Source: Candidatus Bathyarchaeum tardum (GTDB taxonomy: Archaea > Thermoproteota > Bathyarchaeia > Bathyarchaeales > Bathyarchaeaceae). From it: a stretch of 64,000 nt of DNA. The translations under genes and the position numbers were made by a program. Location of the stretch: NCBI GenBank assembly GCA_024650005.2, contig CP122380.1, positions 832,001 through 896,000 on the forward strand. The letters run 5' to 3'. This document shows, in pieces, positions 9,092 to 20,031 of this stretch. The first letter of the stretch is position 1, and each line of letters starts with the position of its first letter. The notes below the pieces were generated by a model. That model was not told the DNA's origin, did no database searches, and worked only from the letters and a program-made list of their open reading frames with translations.

Positions 9092-9320
9092 AAAACCTTT
9101 GAAAAAGATGTTTCCAAAAAAAAACAAGACATTACAAAATTAGAATCTACATGCCTTGCCCTAATCATTCCAAGATAATACGTAATTGCTACCGCTAATT
9201 CAACATAAGCAAAAACAAAAGAAGAAATGTTTTTAATAAATCATTGTTGAGTGAGTTTTGGAAGTTATCGTTTGCATAAACAGAAATAACTATCGATTAA
9301 ATCAATATATGCTAATCAAG

Positions 9321-10190
9321 TCATGAAGAAAAGAGACAAAGATCATTTCTCAAAAAATGTATGGTGTACAAATGGCCCGTTGGGTTATGATATTCTTTAC
9401 GAATAGTGAAGCCGCATTCTTGAAATTTGTTTACGATTACATCTCGAAGGGCGTCTGAGTGAATTTCAATCATAAATAAACTGATTAGTCTAAGAACATC
9501 AACAGGAACAGAAACAAGACACTCTTCAGCACCTTCGCAATCAAACTTTGCTATGTCAGCATGGCTCTCTTTAATGACATTTGATACCGCTTTTAGTTTA
9601 AGCGATATCATCTTGTTCCCGACTTTGTTATGTAAACCAAAACCACCCAAATTGGCATTGTCGTCATCAAATGGCACAATCGTTTCTCCATCAACTAAAT
9701 CGATACCCGCTTTATGAACCTCAGCATTAACATGGTTCAAATCAATATTCTTGCGGATGAACTCATGATGCATCAGCACAGGCTCATAAAGCACCACTTT
9801 CTTAGCCCCCTTGCTTGCAAAATAACAGGCAGTATCACCAATGAAAGCACCAACATCTAAAACCGTTTTATCTGAAAAATCAGCATCATATTCTCCATTC
9901 TTAAGTTCAGTTATCAGGAACATGGACAAAGCAAGCATTTTCGGAGAAACGAGTAGTCTGTAATTATTCAAATCAATCATCCAATTTCCATCAGCAGTAG
10001 CTACAAGCCTGCCTTCTTTCAGCCATGAATAATGGTCACGTAGTGCCATAAATTGGTCTAAATCTAATTCACATGTTAAACCATTCTTGAACTTTACTAA
10101 GCAGGTTCCACCTTTAAACGCCATATATAAAACTCTAAAAGGATTCTTTGTTGTCTGAAAAGTTTTAACAAGACCAACGAATGTAACCAT
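9321..10190 (-). CDS. FkbM-family methyltransferase
   Basis: VLDVGAFIGDT, YEP and KFDCEGAE motifs. Confidence 0.85.
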   Translation of the reverse strand: MVTFVGLVKTFQTTKNPFRVLYMAFKGGTCLVKFKNGLTCELDLDQFMALRDHYSWLKEGRLVATADGNWMIDLNNYRLLVSPKMLALSMFLITELKNGEYDADFSDKTVLDVGAFIGDTACYFASKGAKKVVLYEPVLMHHEFIRKNIDLNHVNAEVHKAGIDLVDGETIVPFDDDNANLGGFGLHNKVGNKMISLKLKAVSNVIKESHADIAKFDCEGAEECLVSVPVDVLRLISLFMIEIHSDALRDVIVNKFQECGFTIRKEYHNPTGHLYTIHFLRNDLCLFSS

Positions 10191-10363
10191 ACCGAGCAGC
10201 TCAGGGTAAGCGGTTTATGCATACAAAATTATTTAAAACTTGGTAGAACAAAAGAAAAATTATTTGGGTAACAATAAAACGTAAAGTAAATAGCCTTGCA
10301 ATTTTATGGTCAGGGGCACAAAAAAATAGAGTTTTTGGACTAACCAAAAAAACTCATTAATGG

Positions 10364-11566
10364 TCAAACTGACTCAAATGCCTTGTTTAATATCGTTGTG
10401 AGGGTCTTCCATGAATAATGCTCTTCCACAAACTTTCTTGCGTTGTCACCAAGTCGCTTACGTCTATGACAGTCACAAAGAAGATTTATTACTGCTTCAG
10501 CAAAGCTTTTTTCGCTATCAGCAGTAACTATGACCTCGTCTGTGCAAGACTTAATTCCTTGCATACCAATAGAAGTAGATACAATTGCTTTTCCCATAGC
10601 CATAGCCTCTAATGCTTTAGTTTTTAGGCCACCATCACTAATAATAAATGGCAAAATTACGACTTGTGCTTGGTTTACATAGGGTCTAATATCCGCAACT
10701 TCTCCAGTAACCGATATTGAATGATCTTTTGAAGCTAATCCCAATACGTCATGAGAAGGATTTCGACCTACAATATATAGAGTCACATCAGGTATTTCTT
10801 TCCTTATCAGAGGATACACATTCTTGCAAAAGTGCCTAATTGAGTAAACATTAAATGGATAACTCATGTCCCCAAAGAATACAATAATATTGGAATTTGT
10901 ATCATCACCAGATGGATTGAAATAATCGATGTCCACGCCTGGAGGAATAATAAATTTTTTTTTAGGAGTGAATGGCTCTGACAGCTCCTTATGGATTGTA
11001 GTCACATAGATTCCGGCATCAAATCTCTTAAATCGTGGTGCTTCAAATAACTTAAACATACTATATTGAAATAATTTCTGCATTTTTCTAATTGAAATAG
11101 TCTCATTCAAGTAAAGTTGATGTAACCAAAATAGAGTGGGACTGGGAAAATCCAAAACAACAGGTATTTTGATGTTCAAGTTATAAATATAAGGGCGCAT
11201 TAAATAATCGGCGTATATAACATCAAACTGCTCAGTCTCTAATATACCCAGAATTTTTTCTCTCATTTTTGGGACATAATTATGGAAAATATTAAAATCT
11301 TTAGATAAGAAGAGATTTTGATATGTTAGTTTATTCTTTAATGACAAAGCATATTCAAGCTTGGTTTTTTTAACTTCTATGGTCTCAAACCGTAACAGAT
11401 TGTTAGTAACACAACCATTTTCTAGGGTTTTATTATTTGAAAAAAACACGAAGGCAATTTCATGATCAGAATGTTTGTGGAGAAAAAAAGGTCTTGCTAA
11501 AGAAGGGTGCATAGGAGAAGGAAAACCTCTCCAAATAATCAGTAATTTCAATTTTGCCTCAACCAA
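10364..11566 (-). CDS. GT4 glycosyltransferase
   Basis: PPGVDIDYF, IVGRNP and KTKALEAMAMGKAIVST motifs. Confidence 0.9.
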   Translation of the reverse strand: MVEAKLKLLIIWRGFPSPMHPSLARPFFLHKHSDHEIAFVFFSNNKTLENGCVTNNLLRFETIEVKKTKLEYALSLKNKLTYQNLFLSKDFNIFHNYVPKMREKILGILETEQFDVIYADYLMRPYIYNLNIKIPVVLDFPSPTLFWLHQLYLNETISIRKMQKLFQYSMFKLFEAPRFKRFDAGIYVTTIHKELSEPFTPKKKFIIPPGVDIDYFNPSGDDTNSNIIVFFGDMSYPFNVYSIRHFCKNVYPLIRKEIPDVTLYIVGRNPSHDVLGLASKDHSISVTGEVADIRPYVNQAQVVILPFIISDGGLKTKALEAMAMGKAIVSTSIGMQGIKSCTDEVIVTADSEKSFAEAVINLLCDCHRRKRLGDNARKFVEEHYSWKTLTTILNKAFESV

Positions 11567-11764
11567 GGATAATCTTTAAACTTAATCTGTGCATAGTAGT
11601 GTTCATCATTCTGAAATATAAAGAGAAGGACATAATTAGCAATTCAAAATGCTCCAGATAACAGAATTTTTTACTGAATCGTACAATAATTATATGCCTT
11701 AAAATAAGGTCTCAATCTAGTGAGGAACGTATAAACGATAACAAGAATGTAAAAAACTTATTCA

Positions 11765-12175
11765 CTAGAATAAACTCCCATCTGCAGGTACAAGAATATT
11801 ACAGATATTAGAAAGAAAAGTATCCGCATTCTCAAGATTTTCAATAACTTCAAAAGATAGTATTGCTCCAAATGAAGTAAAATAGAAAGCCATGGAAAGA
11901 ATATCGGCTAAAATCAATTCGTTAATTTTAGAAGACAAGAGAGATTGTCGAGAACAATCGAAACCAATAACATCAATACACTGTCCTCTAAATCAACCTG
12001 TACCGTACCCTTCACTACAACCAGAATCAAGTGCTTTTCTAGTAGCAATCTTTTGATAATCCCAAATGTAACGAGATGCGTGATCCCCTAGATTATGAAG
12101 AAAAATCGTTTCTGAACATATCCTTTCAATCATTTGCAAATGGTTCAATTCTAGAAAGGAATTGTCATTTTCCAA
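11765..12175 (-). pseudogene. Class I SAM methyltransferase remnant
   Basis: LDSGCSEGYGT, then in-frame TGA at ~11993, continuing VIGFDCS...ADILSMAF...ILSFEVIENLEN...LVPADG to a TAG. Confidence 0.7.
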
Positions 12176-12290
12176 AAAATAAGCTAAATTTCAGATGCTT
12201 GAAAATTTTACTTAATGTATAAGCACGCATACAGATCGTTTCAATAATTTACATATGTAATATGAGGTTCTATAGTGAAAGTAATTTCCT

Positions 12291-13457
12291 TCACCAATCA
12301 TTGGAAGAGACATACAATGCAAAGTCTCGGAAGTCTTTTACATGGTTGAAAGGAAAAGATAACAATTTATCTGATATTAAGAAGCTTTTCTGAACATTCT
12401 CTTCGGGAAGGTATCCATGTAAACCTTTCAGGGTGCCAAAGGGAGAAAAAAAATTTGGGAAAAAGGTTCCACCAGGTTTTAGTACATAAATTATTTTGCC
12501 ATACCTATTATCAGAGAAATTTAGGTGGTAATGCTCTCGACGGTTTTCATCTATTATGGTTCCTAGTCTACGCATTTTAACTGTTCCCAAAATCTCCAGA
12601 ATTTTTTCCTTTGCAATAGAATTTTCGTACCAGAAAAACGCTAATGTAGCATCCACAAAACAGCCATAGTCTTTTCCCAGCTTAAGACCATTCTTATGAA
12701 ACTCAGTTAAGATATCACATGTGAATCGCTGTTCACATTGACCATGATCAGAGAAAAATAAACACAAAAAATTGTGTCCGAAACGCTTTTTTAGTTTCTG
12801 ATATACCGTAAACAAAACATGGTCTAGGGACTTGGCATAACGCACACATGATACGGAATATGGACCAAACCGATGCCCTAGAAAGTCCAATTTGTCATCG
12901 TAAGCAAGTATGAACCGTGTATCTTGATTTGAAGATTTAATATCTCTAATTAGTTGACTGTAAATTTGGTTCCTAATCGCAGGCGGACCAACATAGTTGA
13001 ACGACATCCCATTCTTTTCCATTGATTTACTGAGTCCTTCAACATAAGGCAACTCGCACATGTAGTAATATGGGTACAGAGCCAATTTATCGATAATCGA
13101 AATGGGTATATTGTTTGACTGAACACCTTTCTTTAACATAAACCGCCTAAATTGCCTCAAGGCCAAATAGCGAAATTTGGGCAACTTATCAAGTATTAAA
13201 AAAGGTTTGACTTTTCTGAGCGTACTAAAGAGTAGCGGCGAATTTTCAGGAGAATAAAAACAAGGTATCCAATTGTTAGTCTCGCATGGATATTTACCAC
13301 TTAACATGCAAGACTGAATCGCGTAAGAGTAGCCCAACACGTTTTCGACTGGGCGGAAATTTTTTTTAGCGAGTTCGCTAAGAAAAGGCATTATAGAAGG
13401 CGTGAGAAAACTAGAGTTGAGCGCATCCAAATAAAAGAACAAGAGTAGCTTTTTCAA
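12291..13457 (-). CDS. Alkaline phosphatase superfamily (nucleotide pyrophosphatase/phosphodiesterase-like) protein
   Basis: YLDAL, GYS, LDFLGHRFGP, FSDHG and GLHGY metal-binding motifs. Confidence 0.8.
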   Translation of the reverse strand: MKKLLLFFYLDALNSSFLTPSIMPFLSELAKKNFRPVENVLGYSYAIQSCMLSGKYPCETNNWIPCFYSPENSPLLFSTLRKVKPFLILDKLPKFRYLALRQFRRFMLKKGVQSNNIPISIIDKLALYPYYYMCELPYVEGLSKSMEKNGMSFNYVGPPAIRNQIYSQLIRDIKSSNQDTRFILAYDDKLDFLGHRFGPYSVSCVRYAKSLDHVLFTVYQKLKKRFGHNFLCLFFSDHGQCEQRFTCDILTEFHKNGLKLGKDYGCFVDATLAFFWYENSIAKEKILEILGTVKMRRLGTIIDENRREHYHLNFSDNRYGKIIYVLKPGGTFFPNFFSPFGTLKGLHGYLPEENVQKSFLISDKLLSFPFNHVKDFRDFALYVSSNDW

Positions 13458-13498
13458 TATTATCGCTTCCAGCTAAACGTTATATTTTTCAGGCAATA

Positions 13499-14698
13499 TC
13501 AAAGTTTTATTGATTGCTCGGCAAGTTTCCATAGTGAAAATATTTTTTTTAAAGCTGAGCCGCTCATGTTTATCCATGAAAACTCTTTGTGCAACAGGGG
13601 TGTTGAAAGATTTTGCCCATTAAACAAAATAATAGATACCATATAGTTTAAAATGACTTTAGGTGGTTGTCCCTGAGAAACGAAAGTCCGAAACAGTTCA
13701 GCTCGTTCTTGGTCTTTCCTAATAAATGCAAAAAGGTAAATTAACAAACCAACGATTCGGGAATTTACTGAGATTTTGGATTTTTTTAAGTATTCATTTA
13801 GCAAGTGGGAGAAGGATTTAGGCGAAATGTGCTCATAAACAACATTAAGTTCGAAGTTTTGTCCTCGATGACCTCGAGTCAAGCACATAATTTCATAAAA
13901 TATAATTTTTACGGTTAGTTTTTTTAAGAATTCTTTTTCAAGCTTTATAAGGGCACTTAAACTTGTGCACCTTAAAGAATTCATGATGTTCTCCAATGAA
14001 CCATGAAGTTTGTATTCAGTGAAAAGTTGTAGTAGCCACAGTTCATTTTTGACAAGTAATGGTAATCCATTAGTCAAATGCTTTTTTGCAAATTCAATCC
14101 TTTTTTCATATGTTTCAGCATATATTCCTTGAAAAATCAGCAGTGAATTTAGCAAGGTCAAGGCTCGCTTTGCATACTTATAGCTTTGTTCAATCTCTGA
14201 ATCAGATGTTAACTCAGAAAAAACTAAATCACTAGCCACTGTGAATGCTAGTTCCAGGGAATCTTTTCTGGAGGGTTTAATGTTTTTGTTAAAATGAGGC
14301 GAGTTACCAAGAACACATTTACTGGCCAGGGAAAATTCATACTCGTAAATATTTAGGGTCATGAATGTGAAGGCTGATCTTAAGTTTAAATCGATTGGAA
14401 GAAAATCTACATGCGTAGTTATTCCCTTGTTGACCAAGTTTGTTGTCATTTGATGTGCCATTTTCTGAAACAAAACCTTGTTTTTCAGAAAGTATTGAGA
14501 ATCTAAATACACTACAAAATCAAAGTCACTAGTTACTATACAGGATCCATGCTTAACTACAGTGCCTTCACCGTTTGCGAGGCTACCAGTTAAAAGTATA
14601 CCATGAATCTTTTTGCGCTCAATTTTTTGCATTAAAAAGATTAACACTTCTTTAGCAATTGCCCTCAGAGTTTGATCGGCATGATCGTCTTTTGCCAT
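13499..14698 (-). CDS. Pol-beta-superfamily nucleotidyltransferase-domain protein
   Basis: ILLTGSLANGEG...SDFDFVV (GS..DxD) N-terminal motif, helical C-terminus. Confidence 0.65.
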   Translation of the reverse strand: MAKDDHADQTLRAIAKEVLIFLMQKIERKKIHGILLTGSLANGEGTVVKHGSCIVTSDFDFVVYLDSQYFLKNKVLFQKMAHQMTTNLVNKGITTHVDFLPIDLNLRSAFTFMTLNIYEYEFSLASKCVLGNSPHFNKNIKPSRKDSLELAFTVASDLVFSELTSDSEIEQSYKYAKRALTLLNSLLIFQGIYAETYEKRIEFAKKHLTNGLPLLVKNELWLLQLFTEYKLHGSLENIMNSLRCTSLSALIKLEKEFLKKLTVKIIFYEIMCLTRGHRGQNFELNVVYEHISPKSFSHLLNEYLKKSKISVNSRIVGLLIYLFAFIRKDQERAELFRTFVSQGQPPKVILNYMVSIILFNGQNLSTPLLHKEFSWINMSGSALKKIFSLWKLAEQSIKL

Positions 14699-14761
14699 AG
14701 GAAAATCTAAATTAATATCAACGTTAATTGAAATATGCTCCTGCTGAAAACAATAAAAGTG

Positions 14762-15766
14762 TTATTTCGAGGGCTTTTCAGTGTATAGTTGTAAATTAGA
14801 AATCGTGATGGTTCCGTTATCTTCTCCTGTTAATATTATTCCAATTTGGACAATTGAATCATCATCGTCTGGCGGAATCACCTGGTGTAAAGTGTACCAA
14901 TCACCTGTGAGCCAATCTAACTCACTCTGAGAAAGAGTTATGGATTTTACATGATCAAGGTCATATCCACTCCATACACCATCCAGATTATGATCGTAAT
15001 AGAATACCAACATTAATTCCAAATTCTCAACATTAGACCTAATTTGCAATGTTAAGTATTTTTGTTTTGACGAGTTTATTCCCTCGTCAAGGGGAACGTA
15101 AAAACCTAGGCGAGGGCATTGCTTATCAAAGGTAGTCCCATCAACTCCATATTGAACAAAAGCGTCTTGTGGCGAAACAAAAGAGTTGCCCATTGGACCT
15201 GAAAAGTTCATAGTCAGTGTTAATGAATATTGCACCCGTTCATATATCGTTATTTTATTAGACCAATTAGTACTCAATGTAAAAGGAATCACTTTCACTT
15301 CTTTAAGAATAATCATCAATTCATCATTAATTTTTGCATCGTAAAGACGTTTAGCATACGGGTCAACCCAGTCACGAACAACATACTTAACGTTTGGATG
15401 CCCTTCTAGAAAATTAATCAGACAATCACGGACTTCTAACACTTTAGAATCGGGGGTATCTGCCTCAAGAAACACACCAGATGAATTCCATATTGAGGGG
15501 TAACTAATTAAACGATCAGCGAACTCTGGATTAACCACAGAAAAAACTTCAGACATTGGAACTAACGCCATTTCGTTTTCTCCGAGATTGTTAGATAGCC
15601 ACTTTGAAGCCTCGATGAATACACCGGTAGAAATACTTCCATCACTTGAGTAAACGGTTGCGTTTTGCCACATGAAATCGATGTGAAGGAAAAAAGATAT
15701 GGCAATAAAAAGCAAAAATGCTATTCCAATTATATGGAATTTATTTGTTGCGCATAATTTTATCAT
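14762..15766 (-). CDS. Membrane-anchored extracellular protein; probably the C-terminal half of the upstream GT-C
   Basis: One N-terminal TM, then EASKWLSNN...YVV-type extracellular domain; overlaps 15741..16913 by 26 nt. Confidence 0.65.
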   Translation of the reverse strand: MIKLCATNKFHIIGIAFLLFIAISFFLHIDFMWQNATVYSSDGSISTGVFIEASKWLSNNLGENEMALVPMSEVFSVVNPEFADRLISYPSIWNSSGVFLEADTPDSKVLEVRDCLINFLEGHPNVKYVVRDWVDPYAKRLYDAKINDELMIILKEVKVIPFTLSTNWSNKITIYERVQYSLTLTMNFSGPMGNSFVSPQDAFVQYGVDGTTFDKQCPRLGFYVPLDEGINSSKQKYLTLQIRSNVENLELMLVFYYDHNLDGVWSGYDLDHVKSITLSQSELDWLTGDWYTLHQVIPPDDDDSIVQIGIILTGEDNGTITISNLQLYTEKPSK

Positions 15767-16913
15767 AAACCCACGTACTGAACAAAGATATAGGATAAGC
15801 TAACAAAAAGCTGATTATTAATCTAGGTAAAATAGTATATCGTGCAGGTAACGACTTTATAACGGATAATTTGTCATCAGTTATCACATATCCGAATCCG
15901 AAAGTTGTCAAAATCACAACATAGATGCCAAAAATTAAGCACATGCAGATTCCGACAATAAACCTTTCAGATTTAAGAAGGTTTCTAATAAACTTCATGC
16001 ATTCTTTGAGTGAAAACTTTGTCGGGTGAAATATTACAGATGGTGTAATGGTAAAAAAATTGCTAAGGGCATTAATGAACCAAGTTAAGACCCCAAGAAA
16101 GCACAAGAGCAGAAAAAGGGTATTCAATGACTCTTGAGAATAGAAATTGAAGATATTAGTTAATACTATTCCGATTAATTCAGGGTTCAGAAATAGTATC
16201 ATTCGTTGTATAGGTGAAAACCGTGTGTAATAGGGCATTATTGTAGAAATCCAAATTATAGGCAGTAAATAAACAAGAACCAGATAAGCGACAAGTATCA
16301 TCTTCTGTCTAAGATTAGATTTCCAGTTTTTATAAACAGTAAAAAGCAATATAGGAACAGAAAAAACAGGATATAATTCAGGACGCGTACCTACTGCCAT
16401 GTAGAACAAAAAGGGAGTTATAATATAATTCAATTTCTTGGTAGCGATCACAAAATAGAAGGAAGCGAGCCCCAATGCAATCGCAAAAACATCGTTGTGT
16501 CCCACAATTGAATATGATATGAAGTATGGTTCAAATGCAGCCAGAATGGACCCTAAAAATGCAAACAGAGTTCCAGATATTTTTTTCGCGATTAAGTATA
16601 GAATCAAAATAGTGATAATAGAAAAAGAAATCATAATTGACTGGACAATAATTAAAGGTGGAGCTACCCAACTGAAGGAATACAGGCAAAAACCTAACAA
16701 AAAGATAAAAGGTAAACCTGCTCCGAAGGAAATTTGCCCGTTGTAAACTAAATCTAGTGCTTTATTTACAAAGCCGTATGAATCAAAGAAATACATGTTG
16801 GGTGCAATCGAAACAAGGATAATGCGTGTAAAGACAACCAATGACACTAGAATCAGAACGTAAATTATTTCTTGACGAGAAAAATTTTGCATATTGAATC
16901 TAAAGCTCAGCAA
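15741..16913 (-). CDS. GT-C/PMT-2 (ArnT-like) membrane glycosyltransferase
   Basis: About 10 TM helices; FDSYGF loop, AFEPYFISYSIVGHND and TRPE motifs. Confidence 0.75.
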   Translation of the reverse strand: MLSFRFNMQNFSRQEIIYVLILVSLVVFTRIILVSIAPNMYFFDSYGFVNKALDLVYNGQISFGAGLPFIFLLGFCLYSFSWVAPPLIIVQSIMISFSIITILILYLIAKKISGTLFAFLGSILAAFEPYFISYSIVGHNDVFAIALGLASFYFVIATKKLNYIITPFLFYMAVGTRPELYPVFSVPILLFTVYKNWKSNLRQKMILVAYLVLVYLLPIIWISTIMPYYTRFSPIQRMILFLNPELIGIVLTNIFNFYSQESLNTLFLLLCFLGVLTWFINALSNFFTITPSVIFHPTKFSLKECMKFIRNLLKSERFIVGICMCLIFGIYVVILTTFGFGYVITDDKLSVIKSLPARYTILPRLIISFLLAYPISLFSTWVYDKIMRNK

Positions 16914-18028
16914 CAGGTAGTTATAGCTTCACAATATGTCTTGACTATGTTGTCAACAACCGCATCCCATGAGAAGGTAGTCAAAAGTTTTCTGTTAATT
17001 GTTTCTATGGAACTAAGATGCTGATTGGGAGAAAGCAAAATTTTGTCAATAGCTTTAGCCAAACTTTTGGAGTCTTTTGGTGGAACAATCAATCCATTAC
17101 AACCGTTTACAACAAGTTCGTTTAATCCTGGGATGTCTGTAATGATAAGAGGTTTTCTAGCAGCCATTGCTTCAAGAGCAACTGTTGGAACACCTTCGTA
17201 TAAAGATGGAATAACTACAACCTTGGTAAAAAGGTAAGATTTTAAGAGCTCTTCCTTTGGGATGTACCCTGAAACACTAACATAATCATCTAAATTGTTT
17301 TCAGAAATTTTTTCACGCAACTGCTCAAGCATAGGTCCATGCCCGACAATTCGAAGTGTATATTTCTTACCTTTTTTATGCAACAAAGAAAATGCATCAA
17401 TCAGCCAACGAAGACCCTTACGGGGTTCTAGTCTGCCGACAAAAAGCACATCAGACATCGTTTCATTTTTAAGAGATAAACTTTGGATATCACGTAACTG
17501 ATCTTCAATCCCGGTAACGTCCAAAGCATTAGGTATAGTAACACATTTGAAACCATCGAGTCCCCGTCTAACCAAATTTTGCATTATACTTGGGCTTAAG
17601 CATATAACTTTGTCCGATGAAGAACTAATAAATCTAAGAGACACACGATCAAAAAGATGTTTTGCAGGAAAACTTCTATTCATTGAAGTGTGTAGTGTAG
17701 TAACAAGCGGAAAATTCAACTTGCGTTTAGCAAGCATCATAATCTCACCGAACAATGTTTCATGATGCAGATGGCAAATGTCAAAATTAGTTTTACTCAA
17801 AAAGTATACCAGTTTTTTGAATGAAATAAGATGCAAACCCATCACTTTTGAAAAATCAATTTTAGCAACTTTGAAACCTTTTGAGGTATTTGATGGATTA
17901 TTGGACTCGCAAGTTAACAAAGTGACATCGTGACCAATATTTGCTAAATGTTTTGATAGGGCTAAAACATGTTTTTCTTGACCCCCCACTTTTGGGTCAG
18001 AACTTGATGTCATCTGCAAAATCTTCAT
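16907..18028 (-). CDS. GT4 glycosyltransferase
   Basis: GGQEKH, FVGRLEPRKG and PSLYEGVPTVALEAMA motifs. Confidence 0.92.
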   Translation of the reverse strand: MKILQMTSSSDPKVGGQEKHVLALSKHLANIGHDVTLLTCESNNPSNTSKGFKVAKIDFSKVMGLHLISFKKLVYFLSKTNFDICHLHHETLFGEIMMLAKRKLNFPLVTTLHTSMNRSFPAKHLFDRVSLRFISSSSDKVICLSPSIMQNLVRRGLDGFKCVTIPNALDVTGIEDQLRDIQSLSLKNETMSDVLFVGRLEPRKGLRWLIDAFSLLHKKGKKYTLRIVGHGPMLEQLREKISENNLDDYVSVSGYIPKEELLKSYLFTKVVVIPSLYEGVPTVALEAMAARKPLIITDIPGLNELVVNGCNGLIVPPKDSKSLAKAIDKILLSPNQHLSSIETINRKLLTTFSWDAVVDNIVKTYCEAITTCC

Positions 18029-19062
18029 TGTAACTGCACTAAATTATCATAAATTTTTAACAGGTTATCAACTACAACTAACCAGTCGTGTTCTTTTGCG
18101 AAACTAATTGCTTTGTTTTCATAGTTTTTGCGGTCTTCATAAGTTTGCATCATTTTGCTATATAATGAAGGCACATTTGTCAGCGGGTAGGTTTCACCAG
18201 CATTTGATTGGGTTAACAATTCCAAGTGAGATGGAATTGAAGATGCAACAATAGGTTTACCACACGCCATCGCTTCGAGTAAGGGCAAACCAAATAATTC
18301 CCAACGACTTGCAGTAACATACACATCACAGGAAGCATAATAATACGGCAAATTAAGAGGGCTGACTCGACCAACTAAGTCCACATGATTTTCAAGACCT
18401 AATTTTGCGGTGAAATTCTTCAGGCTTTCATACATAATACCGTTGCCGATTACTTGCAAACAAGCTTTTGGATGTTCTTTCAACACAGTTTTAAATGCAA
18501 TGATTAATTCTTCTACATTTTTATGTCTGTAGAGATTTCCCACAAACAAAAATTGAGGCGTGCCTTTCCTGAATTTTTCCTCCAGTTTTGGCTTGAAAAT
18601 CGCTGTATCCACACCGTTATAAATTACATGCATTTTGTTTAATCCAAAATGTTGTTTAAAATCAATACATGCCACTTTGGAAACTGCAATTACAGCATCA
18701 ATACGATGATTTGTCAGTTTAATTGAAGAAAGTAAACTTATCCGGTGGAAAAAACCTTTTCCAGAAGCAGGGGCACCATGATAATGATATATGAAAGGCC
18801 TTCGAGAGATTAACGCCAAGTAATTTGTTATTGCATGATGATTATGGATAACATCAAACTTTTCAAGAAAACGTGTAAGCTTTAAAATATTACCCAAAGG
18901 AATCTTTTCAACATTATAAGCACCTTCCGAGGGAGGACTCTTAAAAAATAAAGCACCAATCGTAACATCATGACCTTTCTTAGCAAGTGCACCTGCTAAC
19001 TTCTCCATAACCGTAGAAAAACCTCCAACATCATAAAGACCAGCAGACAACAAAATGTGCAT
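18025..19062 (-). CDS. GT4 glycosyltransferase
   Basis: YNGVD, FVGNLYRHKN and ELFGLPLLEAMACGKP motifs; probable start MHILLSAG at 19062. Confidence 0.92.
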   Translation of the reverse strand: MHILLSAGLYDVGGFSTVMEKLAGALAKKGHDVTIGALFFKSPPSEGAYNVEKIPLGNILKLTRFLEKFDVIHNHHAITNYLALISRRPFIYHYHGAPASGKGFFHRISLLSSIKLTNHRIDAVIAVSKVACIDFKQHFGLNKMHVIYNGVDTAIFKPKLEEKFRKGTPQFLFVGNLYRHKNVEELIIAFKTVLKEHPKACLQVIGNGIMYESLKNFTAKLGLENHVDLVGRVSPLNLPYYYASCDVYVTASRWELFGLPLLEAMACGKPIVASSIPSHLELLTQSNAGETYPLTNVPSLYSKMMQTYEDRKNYENKAISFAKEHDWLVVVDNLLKIYDNLVQLQ

Positions 19063-19172
19063 TTTAGTACAAACCAACAATAAAGTAATAGAAACATGAA
19101 TCAATTCGGTTGATTAGGTGTAACACATAATTCTTGAGGAGTTGAGTTTGCAAACGAAAATGCAAATTTATT

Positions 19173-20027
19173 TTATTTAAAAGGTGCATTTTTGTTAATT
19201 GCAATAAGATATCCAGAAGGAAAAATGGAATTGGTAGAAAAACCGTATTTTGAAAGCAGATTTTTTACAGAAGGAGTGTTTTGTTCAATAACCAAATAAT
19301 GGGTTTTCTGTAGGGTACGATATGCACCTTTGAGTATTTTAAAATCATAACCTTCTGTATCAATTTTTAAAATTTTAATAGAATTGTAATGTTCAGTTAA
19401 TTCATCCAATAGTATCGTTTCTACTTCGACAGTTTTACGTGCACTTTTGGTAGTGGATGTTAATGCTGTTTTCTCTTGTTCGTAATGTATATTAATTTTC
19501 ATTTTTTCATCACTTGCAGCTTTCGGAATCACAGTTATGTTGTCCAATTGGTTTAATTTTAAATTATATTCAAGAAACTTCAAATTATCGGGGTTGGGTT
19601 CTATAGCGATTGTTCGTCCACCAGAACCAACAATTTTCCCACTTAATATTGTATAAAGTCCACCATGTGCACCCGCGTCGATAAATACGTCATCCTTTCG
19701 TAAAACATTAAAAATGAATGAAGCAACATCATATTCATGATAATATGGGTTAAGATAAACATTGAAATCATGCCCTTTTGCACAATAAAAATGATATAGC
19801 AGACCTTTGAAATCAACCGTTACAAGAGTGTCTTTGAAAAGCCAATGTAAAGGCTCACCAGCAATTCGTTTAGATAGTATAACATTTATTCCTTTTTTAA
19901 CCAGATTAATTAATGTCGTGGCTTTGAACAAAATATCTTGTTCTAAACAGTTGCAAGAAAACAAAGAGCCAGTAATCCGCAAAGCTTGAAATTTAAATCC
20001 AATATAAGAGTTTAGTTTATTTTCCAA
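19173..20027 (-). CDS. FkbM-family methyltransferase
   Basis: FIDAGAHGGLY, IEPNP and KIDTEGYD motifs. Confidence 0.9.
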   Translation of the reverse strand: MENKLNSYIGFKFQALRITGSLFSCNCLEQDILFKATTLINLVKKGINVILSKRIAGEPLHWLFKDTLVTVDFKGLLYHFYCAKGHDFNVYLNPYYHEYDVASFIFNVLRKDDVFIDAGAHGGLYTILSGKIVGSGGRTIAIEPNPDNLKFLEYNLKLNQLDNITVIPKAASDEKMKINIHYEQEKTALTSTTKSARKTVEVETILLDELTEHYNSIKILKIDTEGYDFKILKGAYRTLQKTHYLVIEQNTPSVKNLLSKYGFSTNSIFPSGYLIAINKNAPFK

Positions 20028-20031
20028 ATAA

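Noticed and set aside
11993-11995. In-frame TGA in the methyltransferase remnant (and at 3234) as selenocysteine or recoding
   Set aside because: Neither is at a Cys-equivalent catalytic position, the surrounding motifs are eroded and further stops or truncations follow. TGA ends ordinary genes elsewhere in the window.
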